DNA of 63,752 bases, the filler included, from Octopus bimaculoides (Eukaryota), in assembly GCF_001194135.2 (NCBI RefSeq). It is 5 parts of 3 records of this genome, joined end to end, with 100 filler letters (N's around TTAATTAATTAA, not from the genome) between each part and the next. Parts side by side here need not be neighbours in the genome. Positions count along the whole stretch, not along the records: positions 32,592 to 52,149 come from NC_068982.1; 4 more parts are not named here. One strand, 5' to 3'. The notes beneath the pieces are model-generated. The model was not told where the DNA came from. It worked only from the letters and a program-made list of their open reading frames with translations, and made no database searches. Shown here piece after piece: positions 37,305-52,139 of this stretch (position 1 is the stretch's first letter; the number at the start of each line of letters is the position of its first letter). The translations under genes and the position numbers were made by a program.

Positions 37305-37892
37305 TTTTACTCTTTTATTTGTTTCAGTCATTTAACTGTGGCCATGCTGGAGCACCGCCGTAGTCAAACAAATTCGCCCCAGGACTCATTCTTTATAAGC
37401 CTAGTACTTATTCTATCATTCTCCGTTTGCCGACCCACTAAGTCATGGGGACATAAACACACCAGCATCGTTTGTCAAGTGACAGTGGTGGGAACAAACA
37501 CAAACACACAAACATATATGCACACACATATGTATATATATATATATATATATGTATACGACAGGCGTCTTTCAGTTTCCATCTACCAAATCCACTCACA
37601 AGGCTTTGATCAGCCCAAGGCTATAGTAGAAGACACTTGCCTGAGGTGACACGCAGTGGGGCTGAACCTGGAACCATGTAGCTGGTAAGTGAGCTGCTTA
37701 CCACACAACCACTCCTGTGCCTATACAATGGACTTCTTTTAGTTTCTGTCTACCAAATCCAATCACAAGACTTTGATTGGCCTGGCCTGAGGTCACAGTA
37801 AACGATACTTGCCCAAAAATACCACGCAATGAAATTGAACCCAAAATTATGTGGTTGGAAATGAAACTTCTTACCAGACAACCATGACTGCC
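37305..37892 (-). mobile_element. SINE family A, one full copy plus an adjacent 5' half
   Basis: 37305-37720 full length and 37730-37892 head region, same orientation. Confidence 0.85.
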
Positions 37893-39164
37893 TATTTTTC
37901 ACTATCAATAATAAAAAAAAGTTAAGGCCATTAATTAACTTACAATTTGTCAGCATAATCCTTTTAATACACAATTCTAAATTTGAAGATTAAATAAACC
38001 AAGACACCTTATTTCTGGTAACTAATAGAATCATTACTGGTCGTTATTTTTATCATTTGAATTAGGTAAATAAATTTAGTAAAACAAGATTAATGAGAGT
38101 TTAGCAGAAATTCCTGTCTTTTGTCTATACTGGCACTTCCTGGAAATCTCTGACTATTTTCTGTTCAACATTTAACTATCAAAAATCAATATTAACTTCT
38201 AACTTAACCATTCGAAAAGTGTTTATTCATCTGGCTTAATTAGGTTACGACACAATATGGACATGGTCCTATATTTGGATTGAATGATCAATAAATAAAA
38301 CTATTTTAAAATATTATTACACAACATATAAGCAGATCAAAATATAATGTGGACAAATTAAAAGATAAAACATTGTTCTGATTGTGTCAAGAATATATAT
38401 TTGTAATGGTATGATTGAATCTACTAAAATGATGGCCTAATGATTTAGAAGAAAAATGACAACATTTGGGAAGCAAAGAGAATTAATGAGAGAATTAATG
38501 AGAGATATTCAATGAAAGTAACAGTCTTGTTGTGATAGCAATGTGAAGATAATTACATTAATTTTGACGTTAGTTTCAATGGTGTGTTTAAGCTAAAGCA
38601 TAATAGTTATTTAGTTTGTTGGACTGAAAGTCAAATATGATTAGCCAATGGACTAATTCAACTAAAACTACTTATGGTTACAAGTAAATCTACTTAGGAA
38701 AAGAATCAAGGTGAATTTGTTCAAAATATATAAATATAAATTTTATTAATTTTTTTTTTACAACTGTTGATTGTTTAGATTGTTGCATAAATGTAAATAA
38801 TCAAAAGACATATTGAATATCGTAGCTTTTGAGAAAGGAAGGAATGGTCACAACTGGAATGCCTTTTGATCACAGATTTACTTGATGAGAGATCACTTAC
38901 CTGAGGCTTATCAACAACAAAACTTTGTCGTTGATCAAACAAATGTTTAACAAATATTAATGATGGTAACACTGCTATTATATTTTTTTTAATTAATTAC
39001 TTAGAGTTAGACTGGAAGCATTAATAACTTTTAGTCCTAACCTCACAACTGATGGCGTCTGTGTGACTGATGTTCAATTTGAATTTCCTCTCTAAGTAAA
39101 AGACTGGAGGTAAAACATGGGCAATGAAAAATTTATTGTAGAGTGCAGTACTGGGAAGGAAGGA

Positions 39165-39593
39165 TTTACTCTTTTACTCTTTTACTTGTTTCAGTCATTT
39201 GACTGTGGCCATGCTGGAGCACCGCCTTTGGTTGAGCAAATCGACCACAGGACTTATTCTTTGGAAGCCTAGTACTTATTCTATTGGTCTCTTTTGCCGA
39301 ACCGCTAAGTTACGGGGACATAAACATACCAGCATCGGTTGTCAAGCAATGTTGGGGGGGACAAACACAGACACAAACATATACACACACATACATACAT
39401 ATATATATATATACACATTTATACGACGGGCTTCTTTCAGTGTCCGTCTACCAAATCCACTCACAAGGCTTTGGTCGGCCCAAGACTATAGTAGAAGACA
39501 CTTGCCTTGTAGTAGACAAGGTGCCACGCAGTGGGAATGAACCCGGGACCCTGTGGCTGGTAAGTAAGCTACTTACCACACAGCCACTCCTGC
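39165..39593 (-). mobile_element. SINE family A
   Basis: Reverse complement of 16933-17308, with a short duplicated tagtaga.gaca segment. Confidence 0.85.
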
Positions 39594-40342
39594 ACCTATT
39601 CAGCATTTGTAAAGTGTAAGGACTGGAGATCAAACACCACAAGAATGAGAATAGGAGAACTGGTTTAGTTGATTGGCTCTGAATGAATATAGTACACAGC
39701 TTGCTGTAGAAAAGGTACAGAGAAGAAACAGTGTGGAAGTAATGTGTTTGTAAGTTGTTGGCAATCAGTTGAATGGGTGTGGTCTAGGTGTTTTGAGGTT
39801 TTTTCATATGGAGCAACAGTGATGTCCCAGGTGGGCTAGCAATTGATATGACCTGATGTTTTTCAGGTTTTCAAGAAAAATCCTACTCTTTGAATTAAAT
39901 TTCTTCAGTTATATGAGATTCATATGAAAAATTCATTAAAGACTGTAATGCTTAGCATGAATTTTGAAACTATTTTACAGTGTAAATTGGTTCTTAAGAG
40001 TGAGAAATCATTGGTTTATGATGGAAAAAGGCTAAAACAGATCTGCTTCTGCTCTTGTTGTTCTCTACTACAACCTGTAGAGAATTATTGTTGATAACTA
40101 AACAGTGATTTAAGGTGCTGAAGGAGGGGGTCGTTTGGAACTGTTTTCATCCTGTTTGAGATATTTGAATTCAATGGGATAATGCATAATTGATAGAGTC
40201 AGAGAGATTTCCTTTCTGGTAAATTATATACACCATTATATACTTTCGAAAATTAGAATAGGTTTCTGTAGAGAGAGGATTGTAGGATTTGATGAGGATT
40301 AGAACTAGCTCTAAGACATATTGTTTGAGGATACTGGAGAGC

Positions 40343-40724
40343 TGTTGGCACTCCGTCGTTTACGACGTCGAGGGTTCCAGTTGATCCGATCAACGGAACA
40401 GCCTGCTCGTGAAATTTACGTGCAAGTGGCTGAGCACTCCACAGATACGTGTACCCTTAACGTAGCTCTTGGGGATATTCAGCGTGACACAGTGTGACAA
40501 GGCTGGCCCTTTGAAATACAGGTACAACAGAAACAGGAAGTAAGAGTGAGAGAAAGTTGTGGTGAAAGAGTACAGCAGGGGTCGTCACCATCCCCTGCCG
40601 GAGCCTCGTGAAGCTTTAGGTGTTTTCACTCAATACACACTCACAACGCCCAGTCTGGGAATCGAAACTGCGATCCTATGACTGCGAGTCCGCTGCCCTA
40701 ACCACTGGGCCATTGCGCCTCCAC
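40343..40724 (-). mobile_element. tRNA-derived SINE family C, full length
   Basis: Minus-strand head gtggaggcgcaatggcccagtggttagggcagcggactcgcag...gtttcgattcccag with A and B boxes. Confidence 0.85.
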
Positions 40725-42584
40725 ACAGGAGAGTACACTATCAGGATTGGTCATCTTACTGGTTTAAAGTAGCCAAAAAGGCTGTTGAACTTGCTGATTA
40801 TATATATATGTGAGAAGCATGACAGGTGGAGTAGAGAATAGATATTTGAAAGAAATTTTATTGTGGGAACAATGTGTAGTTAGAAGCAAAATGATCAGCC
40901 AATGTGAAAGCCTTATTGAGAGGAGATCCATCTTGGTCGAAATGGATTCCTCAAATTAACATTGGTCATCTCAGCAATGGATCAGAAAGTTGAGCAACAA
41001 TGTGTGTGGGGAAAAGATTTATTGGCTATGTAATACATGAAAACAGCTATTATTGCTTTCCTTATCTGTCTAGCACCAAGTCATAAGTCAGCTTATAATC
41101 AAGAACATTCCACCCAAGTCCATTCCGTCTGTTTCCACTCATAGTGTAAGTATCAATGTGTCATTTAATTTTTTTTTAAATGATAAGATGAAGGAGATGC
41201 CATTGTTATTTCTAGGGAATCTAATAACCATGTAGAAGCTCCTTTATGGACAGAGCTTATGGAAGCACCATTTGGTAAAGGTCACCTCTAGCGTATGTGT
41301 AGAGCATTTACAAGTAAACCACTTTGGAGATTAGAGATTTGGGAGTTTTGCTCATGTGTGGAATATGGAGGGATATGCTATAGAAGATGGATATGGACAG
41401 TTTAAATTCTAAAGGGTTAAAGTATCTGAGTTTATTTTTATTGTCTTGTTCTGTCTTTGTTTGGTCAGCCTTAATTAATGACATTCTAGCCATAAACATT
41501 TTCATGTACTTTACAGTTATTATATATCTAGCAAATCATAACTGTGTAGCAAAATTTTAATTTTTTCGTATTTATGTATTTTGTCTTTGGTCAGTAAGTG
41601 TTATCTCCTGTTTGCTTCTATCTAGAAATCAAAGGAAATGACTACTACTCCCTTCAAACTTTGCTTTTGTAACCTGGACATTCAATATTTTGAAACTCAC
41701 CTATATTTTCCATTACATTTCAGACAAATTCAGCGCTGAGTTGTTGAAACAGAAATATTATTACAGTAAATATTCTGCTCAATATCACAGATTTGCTTGT
41801 CAATTGCTTAACCTTAACCACTTGAGCATTACATTTAGTGACTGACAATATATGCATTTCTGATCATGAACAAGAGTAGCAGGGGAGCATAATAGCCATG
41901 TGTTGAGAGGGAGTCTTTGGAGTTTAAATAAATTTGACAAAAGCAAAGTTTGGAGGAAATATTAACAATCTTTCATACTTTCTAGGGGTAAGCAAATAGG
42001 AAATAGCAGATGTTACCCAAGAATGATAACTATCAATCACTCAGCCATCTTAGATGAGCCAGAAGTGAGGCACATATACTGTCAAGATTATTCAACATAA
42101 AATTGACAATGCTCCTATTAATTCACTGACTTAGCCCTTATTTATTCACATTTCTTTAAATCAATCATGCATTATTGTGTAACTTCTAGAGTTCAACCAT
42201 GTGACTGTTTATTTTCAGAATGACACATTAGGTTAGGTGTGAGGCAAAATCTGGCCAGTTTTAAAACAAAACAAGTTGAGTATTTGGGCCAAGTATGGTT
42301 GGTTTAAATGCTAAAAGTTTAAAGTATCTGAAATTTATTGTCTTGTTCTGTATTTGTTTGGTTGGCTTTAATTAAGCAAAACCTATAATGAAAGACGTTC
42401 TAACCATGAACAATCTCGTATATTTTTCAGGCATAATACAATATATCAAGATATGTCTTTATTCAATGTGACTTTCTTGACTGTTGTTGTCTAAACAGCA
42501 ACATATCAGCCTTAATCCAGAAAACTTATGATCAGAGACATTCCAGTCATGACCATCCCATCTTTGTTTCAGACATCATTGCGT

Positions 42585-42621
<37 letters not shown>

Positions 42622-42888
42622 CTTGAGCTACATTAATGTACTCTTTTCTTATGAGCTATTATGACAGGATTTGGGTGAAGATTTAGTTGCTATTTCCAGC
42701 TGTTTGAGAAACCTGGAACTAAACATCAACATAGTCATAGTCCTCTAAAAAATTTAAGCAAAATGTAAGAAATATCCATTCCCAAAGGTATCCATCACTT
42801 AGATAGAAATATGAAATGAATTCCCAGTTGCTCTGATTCTGTTTATTCCTCACCTAGAATTCTGCTTTGGAAATAAAACAAAAACAGC

Positions 42889-42949
<61 letters not shown>

Positions 42950-42952
<3 letters not shown>

Positions 42953-44400
42953 AGATGTTTTCAAAACCAAAGTTTACATCAAGTGGAGTCTGACATTGAT
43001 ACAATATATTCAACTGGAGACAAAAGAGAAGAGATAGGGGCTGGTTATAAAATACAGAAGCTACAACACTGAAGTACATCAGCAGTTGTGGAATACAAAC
43101 AAAATAATCTCCAGAAAGACAAAGGAGGTGAAAAAGAAATAAAGATATAAAAAAAAAAACAGATGGAGACAAAATCTTGAAGCCTTTAAAAAAATGCATG
43201 TGGAGAACAACAGACAGTTATATCATTAAACCTTTTCATGGACAGTATGTCAAAACACTAATGGACCATGTCAAGTCTAGAAAAAAATACATATGTATTG
43301 GCTTAGCCATCACAACTTCAAGATTTACATAACAAAAATGTATAGAACAAATAACATGGTGAATTTTTGTTAGGTATGTAAAGAAAACGACACACAAGAA
43401 ATGATTGAACACATTACTAATTTTTGTTCCAACCTTGAAATGGGAAAGTACCATGAATGATGTAACATGGTGAGGCTAATCTACTGACAGCTGTGTGAAA
43501 GATTTCAAATCTTTGCAGTAATGAATTGTTAGAGACATCAGCTATCACTCAAAACAAAAGATGGGAACAACTATGAGTCGTTTTAACATCAAACTTTTTT
43601 TTGTAGCTCACTTTTTATTTTTTTCTCTTTTTATCTTCTACAATGTCAGAGCTGGAAAACACCCAAAATATTACCTAAGATATATAACAAATATGGTCAC
43701 CCTATTGAATACAGGGAAAAGTAAATAAAATAGAAAAACATGGAAAACAAGAGATGTACATATAAGTGTAAGGTTGGCATTTTGAACAGATTGAATGTGT
43801 TTGTAACCACACTTTAAGCATACAAAATAAACTGACAGAGAAGCCAGCATATAGAAAAAGACAATGGCACTCTAAGAAACAAGAGTTATGCAACCTAAAC
43901 AAGTTAATCAACAATAGAAAGGAAACTAGTGATATCACAATGACACAAGGGTTTCTAGTTAGAAGAATGAAATTTCTAACCCTTACTGACAGCAAAGGTT
44001 TTCCTTCTGTCTGTACACAAGTGGTGGTTGGTTGCATTATATATTATTATATGACATTGAAACTTAGCCGATATATGTGTAGAGTACTTACTCTTGCTGC
44101 AACATCTGGCAGATATGAGGGAGAAAAATGTATAAGACATGAATCTGGAGAAAAGACTAAATTAAGGTGAGATAAGAAGTAAGTTTAGAATTAAAGTAAG
44201 CTTATCTATATAATAGATGAGAGCCAGAAAATCTAACTATTTGAGGATGACAGACAGCTTCATGAGAAAATGGTCTTGTCTAAATGAAGCAAGCAGGAAG
44301 ACTATCTCTGTTGTAAAAGAAGTAGAACAAAAAGAATTGGTTAGGGGTGAGACAAAGATAAAAGAGGTAATTCAATATATTTATTTAAAATAACTGAATA
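42950..44400 (+). mobile_element. Highly decayed R4/Dong remnants
   Basis: Follows (AAT)n; residual KPFHGQY (about 43230) and a LLYMDDLKL-like segment (about 44040) with many stops. Confidence 0.4.
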
Positions 44401-44859
44401 AAGTCGTTTAAGACACTGGATTAGTATAAAACCTCTTTCACAATGATATCAGGCATTAGATTTATAGGATAGAGATATTGGAAGGGGAGGAATTCATGCT
44501 TTTCTGAAAAGTATTATAGGGACATAAATGAAAATGACAAATGATTTTCCTGATAAAAAGGGGAGTAAAGAACACTCAGCATAGCTGTGCTAAAGAAACT
44601 ATTTATCTTAAGCCTTAACATTGTCATCAACGTCAGTGAGGGACATTTGGATGCTATTTCTAACATGTCAAGTAAACTATATAGCGATTTCCTCACTAGC
44701 TTGGCCAATGAGGATTTCTTTTACATAGGTAAACTATATCAGGGCATTCAGGACAAATTTGACAGTTTGCAAAAAAAGGAGAAGGAAACACAATTTCCCA
44801 ATTTTAAAAATAATGTATTTTAATGAATTAAAACATACTATGTTGATTATGGGAGATAA

Positions 44860-45310
44860 CACTTTACTTTAGCTGCCCTCAGCTTCCACCTTGGCCTGAA
44901 GACAGCTTCAGAATCTGGCACATATGCTCCTCACCGTATCCCTAGGAGATCAAACATCTCATTGATCTTGGCCACCACCTCAGCCTTGAGGTGCAAGCAG
45001 AGAGATTGGTGTCTTTCTCAACCATGCCCCACACATAGTAGTCCATAGGAAGTGGGAAACCAGAAATTGGAGCTGGCAAAGTTGTAGAAGTCCTCCAATA
45101 ACCTCTCCTGACTCTTTCTGGAGGTATGGCAAGGAGCCAGATCCTGTCACCACACATGTGGCCTTCCAACTGCAACCTTCTCTAGCCAGGATTTGACCAC
45201 AGTCTCCAGTAGCTTCACATAGCCATATGAACTGAGCCTAAGGCCCTGTTCAAGGATGTGAAGTGATATGATGTCACTTTCACTAGAGAAACATCCACAG
45301 ACCATCATAG
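44860..45310 (-). mobile_element. Decayed Tc1/mariner-superfamily transposase 3' fragment
   Basis: Minus strand ...PMDYYVWGMVEKDTN... resembles the WPP.SPDLNP.DY.VWG segment. Confidence 0.6.
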
Positions 45311-45353
45311 TTTGGGATCACTTGGTTTACAATATATCTATATCGTGTCTTAT

Positions 45354-45500
45354 CAGGTCTAGAGAATAAGGTGGATGAGGAATCTTTTCCCAAACAAGCT
45401 CTTCGATATTCTGTGATGTGATCTTTGCAGTGTGGGGTCGTGCATTGTCCTGATGAAACATCACTCCTTTTTGATTCACTAAAGCAAGTCTTTTTTTCTT
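45354..45500 (-). mobile_element. Isolated mariner catalytic-domain fragment
   Basis: KKKRLALVNQKGVMFHQDNARPHTAKITSQNIEELVWEKIPHPPYSLDL between two 24-bp direct repeats. Confidence 0.85.
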
Positions 45501-45756
45501 CAATATGTCTATATCATGTCTTATAGCCTTTACTGTGTTCAAAGAGCATTGAGTAGCAGCCATGATGTATGATTCATATCTGGTGTGAATCATCATGATA
45601 CAGGTCACTCACTTCCAAATATTCAGATGGCTTCCAGTCTCCATATCAGTCAACTTTTTCTCAATGACAACTTTAATATTTATGCTTTCCAATGTCATTG
45701 ACTGTTCCCTAATGCATCAAGTTGCTCTTGAAGAAGGAGATATAAAGATCATCAGA

Positions 45757-46815
45757 TCAGGTCATCCCATAAGTTCTGTCCGAATTTTGAATAAAGAAAA
45801 CAAGTGATCAAATGTTATATTTAATTGAAGTTTAATCATCAATGTACTTTCTCTGATTATCTATGACTTCCTTCCATCTATTTACAAGCTTTTTAATCCC
45901 ATCAATGTAAAACTCTTTTGGTTTCAAAGCGAACAACTCTGAAATGTTAGTTTTGACCTCCTCCTGGCTTGCGAAAGTTATGTCCCCCAAATGATTCTGT
46001 AAACTATGAAACAAATGGCAGTCTGAANNNNNNNNNNNNNNNNNNNNNNNNNNNNNNNNNNNNNNNNNNNNNNNNNNNNNNNNNNNNNNNNNNNNNNNNN
46101 NNNNNNNNNNNNNNNNNNNNNNNNNNNNNNNNNNNNNNNNNNNNNNNNNNNNNNNNNNNNNNNNNNNNNNNNNNNNNNNNNNNNNNNNNNNNNNNNNNNN
46201 NNNNNNNNNNNNNNNNNNNNNNNNNNNNNNNNNNNNNNNNNNNNNNNNNNNNNNNNNNNNNNNNNNNNNNNNNNNNNNNNNNNNNNNNNNNNNNNNNNNN
46301 NNNNNNNNNNNNNNNNNNNNNNNNNNNNNNNNNNNNNNNNNNNNNNNNNNNNNNNNNNNNNNNNNNNNNNNNNNNNNNNNNNNNNNNNNNNNNNNNNNNN
46401 NNNNNNNNNNNNNNNNNNNNNNNNNNNNNNNNNNNNNNNNNNNNNNNNNNNNNGACAGAAGATCCATTTTTCGTCACCAATCACAAGTCTATCCAAAAAG
46501 GGTGAAATGAGTTTGCGAGAATGGAGAGAGGAGCAGATGTCAATTCAGGATTTGCGGTTGTTTTCGGACAATTCATGAGGCACCCATTTACCAAGTTTAG
46601 GAACCTTTCCAAGTTGTTGAAGATAACGATGAATAGTTGTATGGTTTGAACTAAGCTTTATTGCCAGTTTTTCAACTGATAATGCAGGATTTTCTTCAAG
46701 TAATGCCTCAGGGAACTTATCATCAAACTCAACTGGACGTCCTGTTCGATCTTCATCTTCAAGGCTGAAATCTCCACTTCTGAATTTTGCAAACCATCTT
46801 CTGCAAGTAGACACA
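45757..46815 (-). mobile_element. Mariner (Mos1-like) transposon, 5'-truncated, spanning a gap
   Basis: RWFAKFRSGDFSLEDEDRTGRP, WVPHEL, GDEKW, SDCHLF..GIKKLVNRWKEVIDNQRKYIDD*; TIR-like aggtcatcccataagttctgtccg at about 45757. Confidence 0.9.
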
Positions 46816-48645
46816 AGTTCAATCATGACCATCATATCTTCAGTTTTGGCAAGGATTACATGGTCCAAAGTAAATTTTTCTCGTATTTAAGATGTTATGT
46901 GGTGATTTGAGAGAGGTTTTGTCACTATTTCTAGTAAGAAGAGCCACTACATACAGGTGTCTCTTCAGCTTGTGTACTGACAGTGGTGTTAATATTATGA
47001 TAATGATGGTCATAGTAGTAATTGTCATTGTTGTCACCAGTATTGATAATGACTCTTTAAATATTGATGAGGGTGGTGGTGGTGGTGATGATGATGATGA
47101 TGATGATGATGAGGGGGAGGAGGAGGAGGAGGTGGTGGTATTGTAGACGAAGAGGAAAAAAAAATAAAAAGATGGTTGTTGACATATACAACAATGACAG
47201 TGATCTCAATGATAACCAAGAGTAATGTCAAGAGTAACATTGATAATGTGTGGAGGCACGAGTGCTATTGTTGTCTCACAATTCAAACTAAACACCACAC
47301 AATGCAACATTTCATTTTCCCAGAGGATGCAAATAGCTGAAGCCTTATACACAGCCTCTGAACGACTAGAAATAGCAGCCAAACTACTCTTAAAATACAT
47401 ACTGAGCAGATTAAAGAAAGAAAGACCAACATGTTGTGTGAATAAGTCCTTGAACGGGTTGTATCTCAGTTTGTTGAGTGCCATTTTGTCTCTATTAAGT
47501 CTGGATGTATTGCTCGATCAGTAACAGTGAGATACTCTGAGAGAAACACTATATTGTTAATACATATTTGTAATATATTTATCAACAGCATAGCATCTTT
47601 GTAATAGTATAGCAACAACATCGCATCATATTGCTAGCCAGAGTCATTTAACATATCGCTGAGAGAGATAGCCATGGTTACTACCAGATTCAGAAGAAAT
47701 CCTTACAAGATTGTTTGACCTGCCACCAGAAATTGAGCCAATGAGGAGGCCTTCATTGACAGAGGTTTAACTTCTTTTTGACTTTGAGGCATGCTGGAGA
47801 TTAAGCAAATATTTACTTGTCCACTTCATATAGACAGTTTAAAATCATTGGTGCACTTTTGCAGGGGAAGTTTTCAAAAACATGTTTTAAATTTTAAAAT
47901 TTAGCAAGAAATAGAGAAAACTTATCTTGTTTTAGTAATCATTCTTATGTATAACAAAATATTGCATAGCATGCTTTCTGCAATGATCGGGCAATAGTAT
48001 GGAATTTTTTAATTCTTACATAGTGTTTTTAAACATTTGAGGGATATAGGTGCACCATTCTCTTCAGGGTTGCTTCATCTGCTAGAAATACTTACTAAAT
48101 TTTCCCCATATTGCACATTAATATATTAACCATTTCTGTTCCTATTTTTCTGTTGAAGTACCAGACTCTATTTCAATTAGTTTTAAAAGTAAAGAAGAAT
48201 TTAGTAAAATGATTTTTAAATAATTTTGTCATAATCAATGTATTTATAGAACTTTGGAATTTCATCACAGTTTGTATACATAATGATCATGGATGTGCTG
48301 ATCATTATAATCTCAAGAATCTATTTAAAATGTAATAAATTCTTTTACTTATCCTTTTCATTGATTCATTTTAAAATATTTAGAAGTAAAGTTGTACAAA
48401 GTTAAAGTTGCCTAAGGGTATTATAATGTTTCTACATTTGTTAGTCTTACGCAATATGTAAGAATTTGTTATTTCATGCAGATGTACATGTGTCTGAAGA
48501 AACATCTGTTTGGATCACTCTATACATACATATATATATATACATACATACATGCATATATATATATATATATTCATACATATATACATATATATATACA
48601 ATATACATGCATGCACACGCAGAGATATACATACATATATATATA

Positions 48646-48690
<45 letters not shown>

Positions 48691-48781
48691 TTTGTGACAA
48701 CACATTAAACATGTGTCTGAACAGACATCTGTTTACATATTTACATATGTATCTCACACACTTTCTCCCCACTCTCTTTCT

Positions 48782-48815
<34 letters not shown>

Positions 48816-49927
48816 TCATCATCATCGTTTAACGTCCGCTTTCCATGCTAGCATGGGTTGGACGATTTGACTGAGGACTGGTGAAACCGGATNNNNNNNN
48901 NNNNNNNNNNNNNNNNNNNNNNNNNNNNNNNNNNNNNNNNNNNNNNNNNNNNNNNTAATGTTCAGCTTTTCTCTCAAGATACTTACACTCTGACGGGTAT
49001 TCACATGTACATATACATATAAGTATATGTATGTATGCTTATGTAGATACACACATGTACATATTTATATAATATGGGTATATATTATATGTGAGTATAT
49101 ATATCCTCTCTGTATATTTGTATACACATATATGTGTCCTTTAAATTATGTATCTTTTGTTTTATAATTTCAATGCCTTTAAGAGAGAATAAATTATATG
49201 TATGTTCTTGATTATGTAGCTGTGTTTCTGACTCAATGTATGTGTATAAATTATGTCTAAATGCATGTAATAAATGTACATAAACTTATACATGTATGTG
49301 TGTGTTATACATGAATTCAGGTGTCTGTATTTCTATCTATGTTTGTGTTGGTGTCTCTGTGTGTCTGAAATTTTGATCGTGTCTATATAAGATTATGTGT
49401 TTAAGTATAAGCATCTGTTAGTAAGAAGGAGCATGTTTATATGCATACATATAAACACTCATGTATAAGTGTACATGAATGTTTAAATGTGTATGAATAT
49501 TAATATGAATGAGAATGTGAATTTGAAAGTGTGTGAGTGAGAGAAAGAGCAAGTGTTCATATGTGTGTATGTGTGCATGTGTTGGAGTGTATTACTCTGT
49601 GTGTGTATGTATGTTTGTGTGTGTTGGTGTGTGTGTGTGTATGTCGACTTCAATGCCCCCAGTTAGAATTAATTACTACATAGCAAGGCAGAAATTTGGC
49701 CATATTTTCAGATGTTAGTTGTAAGATAATAGAAGAACAAAGAGGATGGTTCTTCTGTTGTGACTATCAGACTGTAATATGAATTTTTACCTCAAATCAA
49801 AAATTCATTTGAAAAATCAATTTCCCAATTTTCCCTTGAGAGACTTTTAATAGATAATACATTGCATGTTGACGACCTAACTGTATGTGAGAGTATGTAT
49901 GTGTGTGTGTGTGTTTCTGTTTGTATG

Positions 49928-49997
<70 letters not shown>

Positions 49998-50989
49998 TTA
50001 TATACATTTGTATGTATGTGTCTATGTATGTATGTATATTTGTAAGCATATATGTTTGTATGTATATATATATGTGTGTGTGTGCATATAAAATATATAT
50101 GTACATATATATAAATATATATATACATACACACACAAACATACATACATACATGCATACATACATATATACATACATACATACATACAACCATACCTAC
50201 ATATACATCCATGCACATGNNNNNNNNNNTACATATACATCCATGCACATGTATGTAGGTGTACAGAATCTATTGCTACTGTGTGCATTCTTATTCTTTC
50301 ATGTACACATGTACATGCACAAGTGTGAAAATACGTGTGTATCTTAACATTCATACATTCCTACATGTGAAGAAATGTTTGTGTGGAGCATGGGGAAGAA
50401 ATTATTATACATTCATAGTATAGTATATGTATATATATATATATTTGTATGTGTGTTAAATGCTATGATGTGTGGGTCTATTTAAATGGATTTGTGTACT
50501 GGCATGTGTTCATGTATGTTCATTCACCCATACTAGAAACAGTGCTAAACTGTTTGTGTTTGTACATATGTATGTAGAAGTATCTAAAATATGTATAAAC
50601 TAATGCATGCAGCAGAACCTCAGCCGGTAGCTAGGCATACATACATACATATATATATATACATATATACATAAATATATATATATATAATTGTCCAACC
50701 CATGCTATATATATATATATATATCTGTTTAATCATTCTGTCTTTCTTTTTATCTCCCTTTCTAATTATCTATCTATCTATCTGTGTGTGTGTGTGTNNN
50801 NNNNNNNNNNNNNNNNNNNNNNNNNNNNNNNNNNNNNNNNNNNNNNNNNNNNNNNNNNNNNNNNNNNNNNNNNNNNNNNNNNNNNNNNNNNNNNNNNNNN
50901 NNNNNNNNNNNNNNNNNNNNNNNNNNNNNNNNNNNNNNNNNNNNNNNNNNNNNNNNNNNNNNNNNNNNNNNNNNNNNNNNNNNNNNNNN

Positions 50990-51022
<33 letters not shown>

Positions 51023-52108
51023 GTCTGTATGCATATATGTATATATGGGATGCGTCAATTTATCTATTCCATGATTTATCTCTTCCTTTTATATACATGT
51101 ATGTATGTGGGCATGTATACACACACACAGCTATACACATGGTTGATAAAAGTATTAAAGGGCAAGTATTTTTCTCAATACATGTGTCTAATTATATATT
51201 AAAAAATATTTAGATAAATGTGTGTATTCTCACATCTTTTTATACACCTTATATGCCTGTATGTATATGAGTGTGTTCGCATGTATGCATATGTGTGCAC
51301 TTGAGTTAGCTGGCATGCATAATATGGGCATGTGTGTTTGTGTGCGCACATGTGTGTGTATGTATGCATATATATGTCTTTTAGTGCAGGCAGACATGCT
51401 CACACTCCCATATGCATGCATCTGTGTCTATACACGAATGAGATATTCTAACACATATGAGGAAGCCTTAAAGGAAAGATGGGAAGATTTTTATCTAGTT
51501 TAATAGCAAATGGTCATATATCAAGTTATTGGCAACCAATCAGGTTGACAATATGACTGCCAGAAATACTGTTGATTTCAACTGATGAAAGCTTTATCCT
51601 AGGTAACTCCACTATATTCATGCAAAGAAAATTAATAATAGAATACAGAGATTATATCACGACATGAGAAAGGTTTATGCTAAGCTGAGATATCATTGCT
51701 GTCTTAATCCATCGTGAAAGAAAAGGGAAAGAAAAAAAAGATAAAGAAAATAAACAAAAAAAAAATTGCTTCCGTTGAACAAATTAATATTGCTATGAGG
51801 AGGTTTGTCAAATGTCTATTTATATTAAGTTCGCCATGTATTGATAATATGGCTTTATAGAGAGACTATAAGACTTCAATTTCTGTGTAGAAAACTCGCA
51901 TATGGTAGGACTTAGGAAGGTGAAGATTCATAAGAAACATAAATAAATAAAATAAAAAATAAAATAAATAGAAATAATCAAAAAAAAGTGGGGGGGAAAG
52001 AAAAAATAGGAACTTCTATCTTACATAAGTGATACCGGCAAGAAAGATGGTGATAGTTAAAGGGAGTTATGGTGATGTGATATTAATGATAACTCTAGTA
52101 TTGCTGCT

Positions 52109-52139
<31 letters not shown>

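Noticed and set aside
40640-40724. tRNA-like sequence with A and B boxes (also 16933-17000 and 53762-53840)
   Set aside because: These are SINE heads: they continue into repeat bodies and lack a complete cloverleaf.
44587-44823. 78-aa ORF, and the 99-aa ORF at 47225-47524
   Set aside because: Both overlap the repeat-derived motif tagaaatagc.gccaaa and show no protein-family signature.
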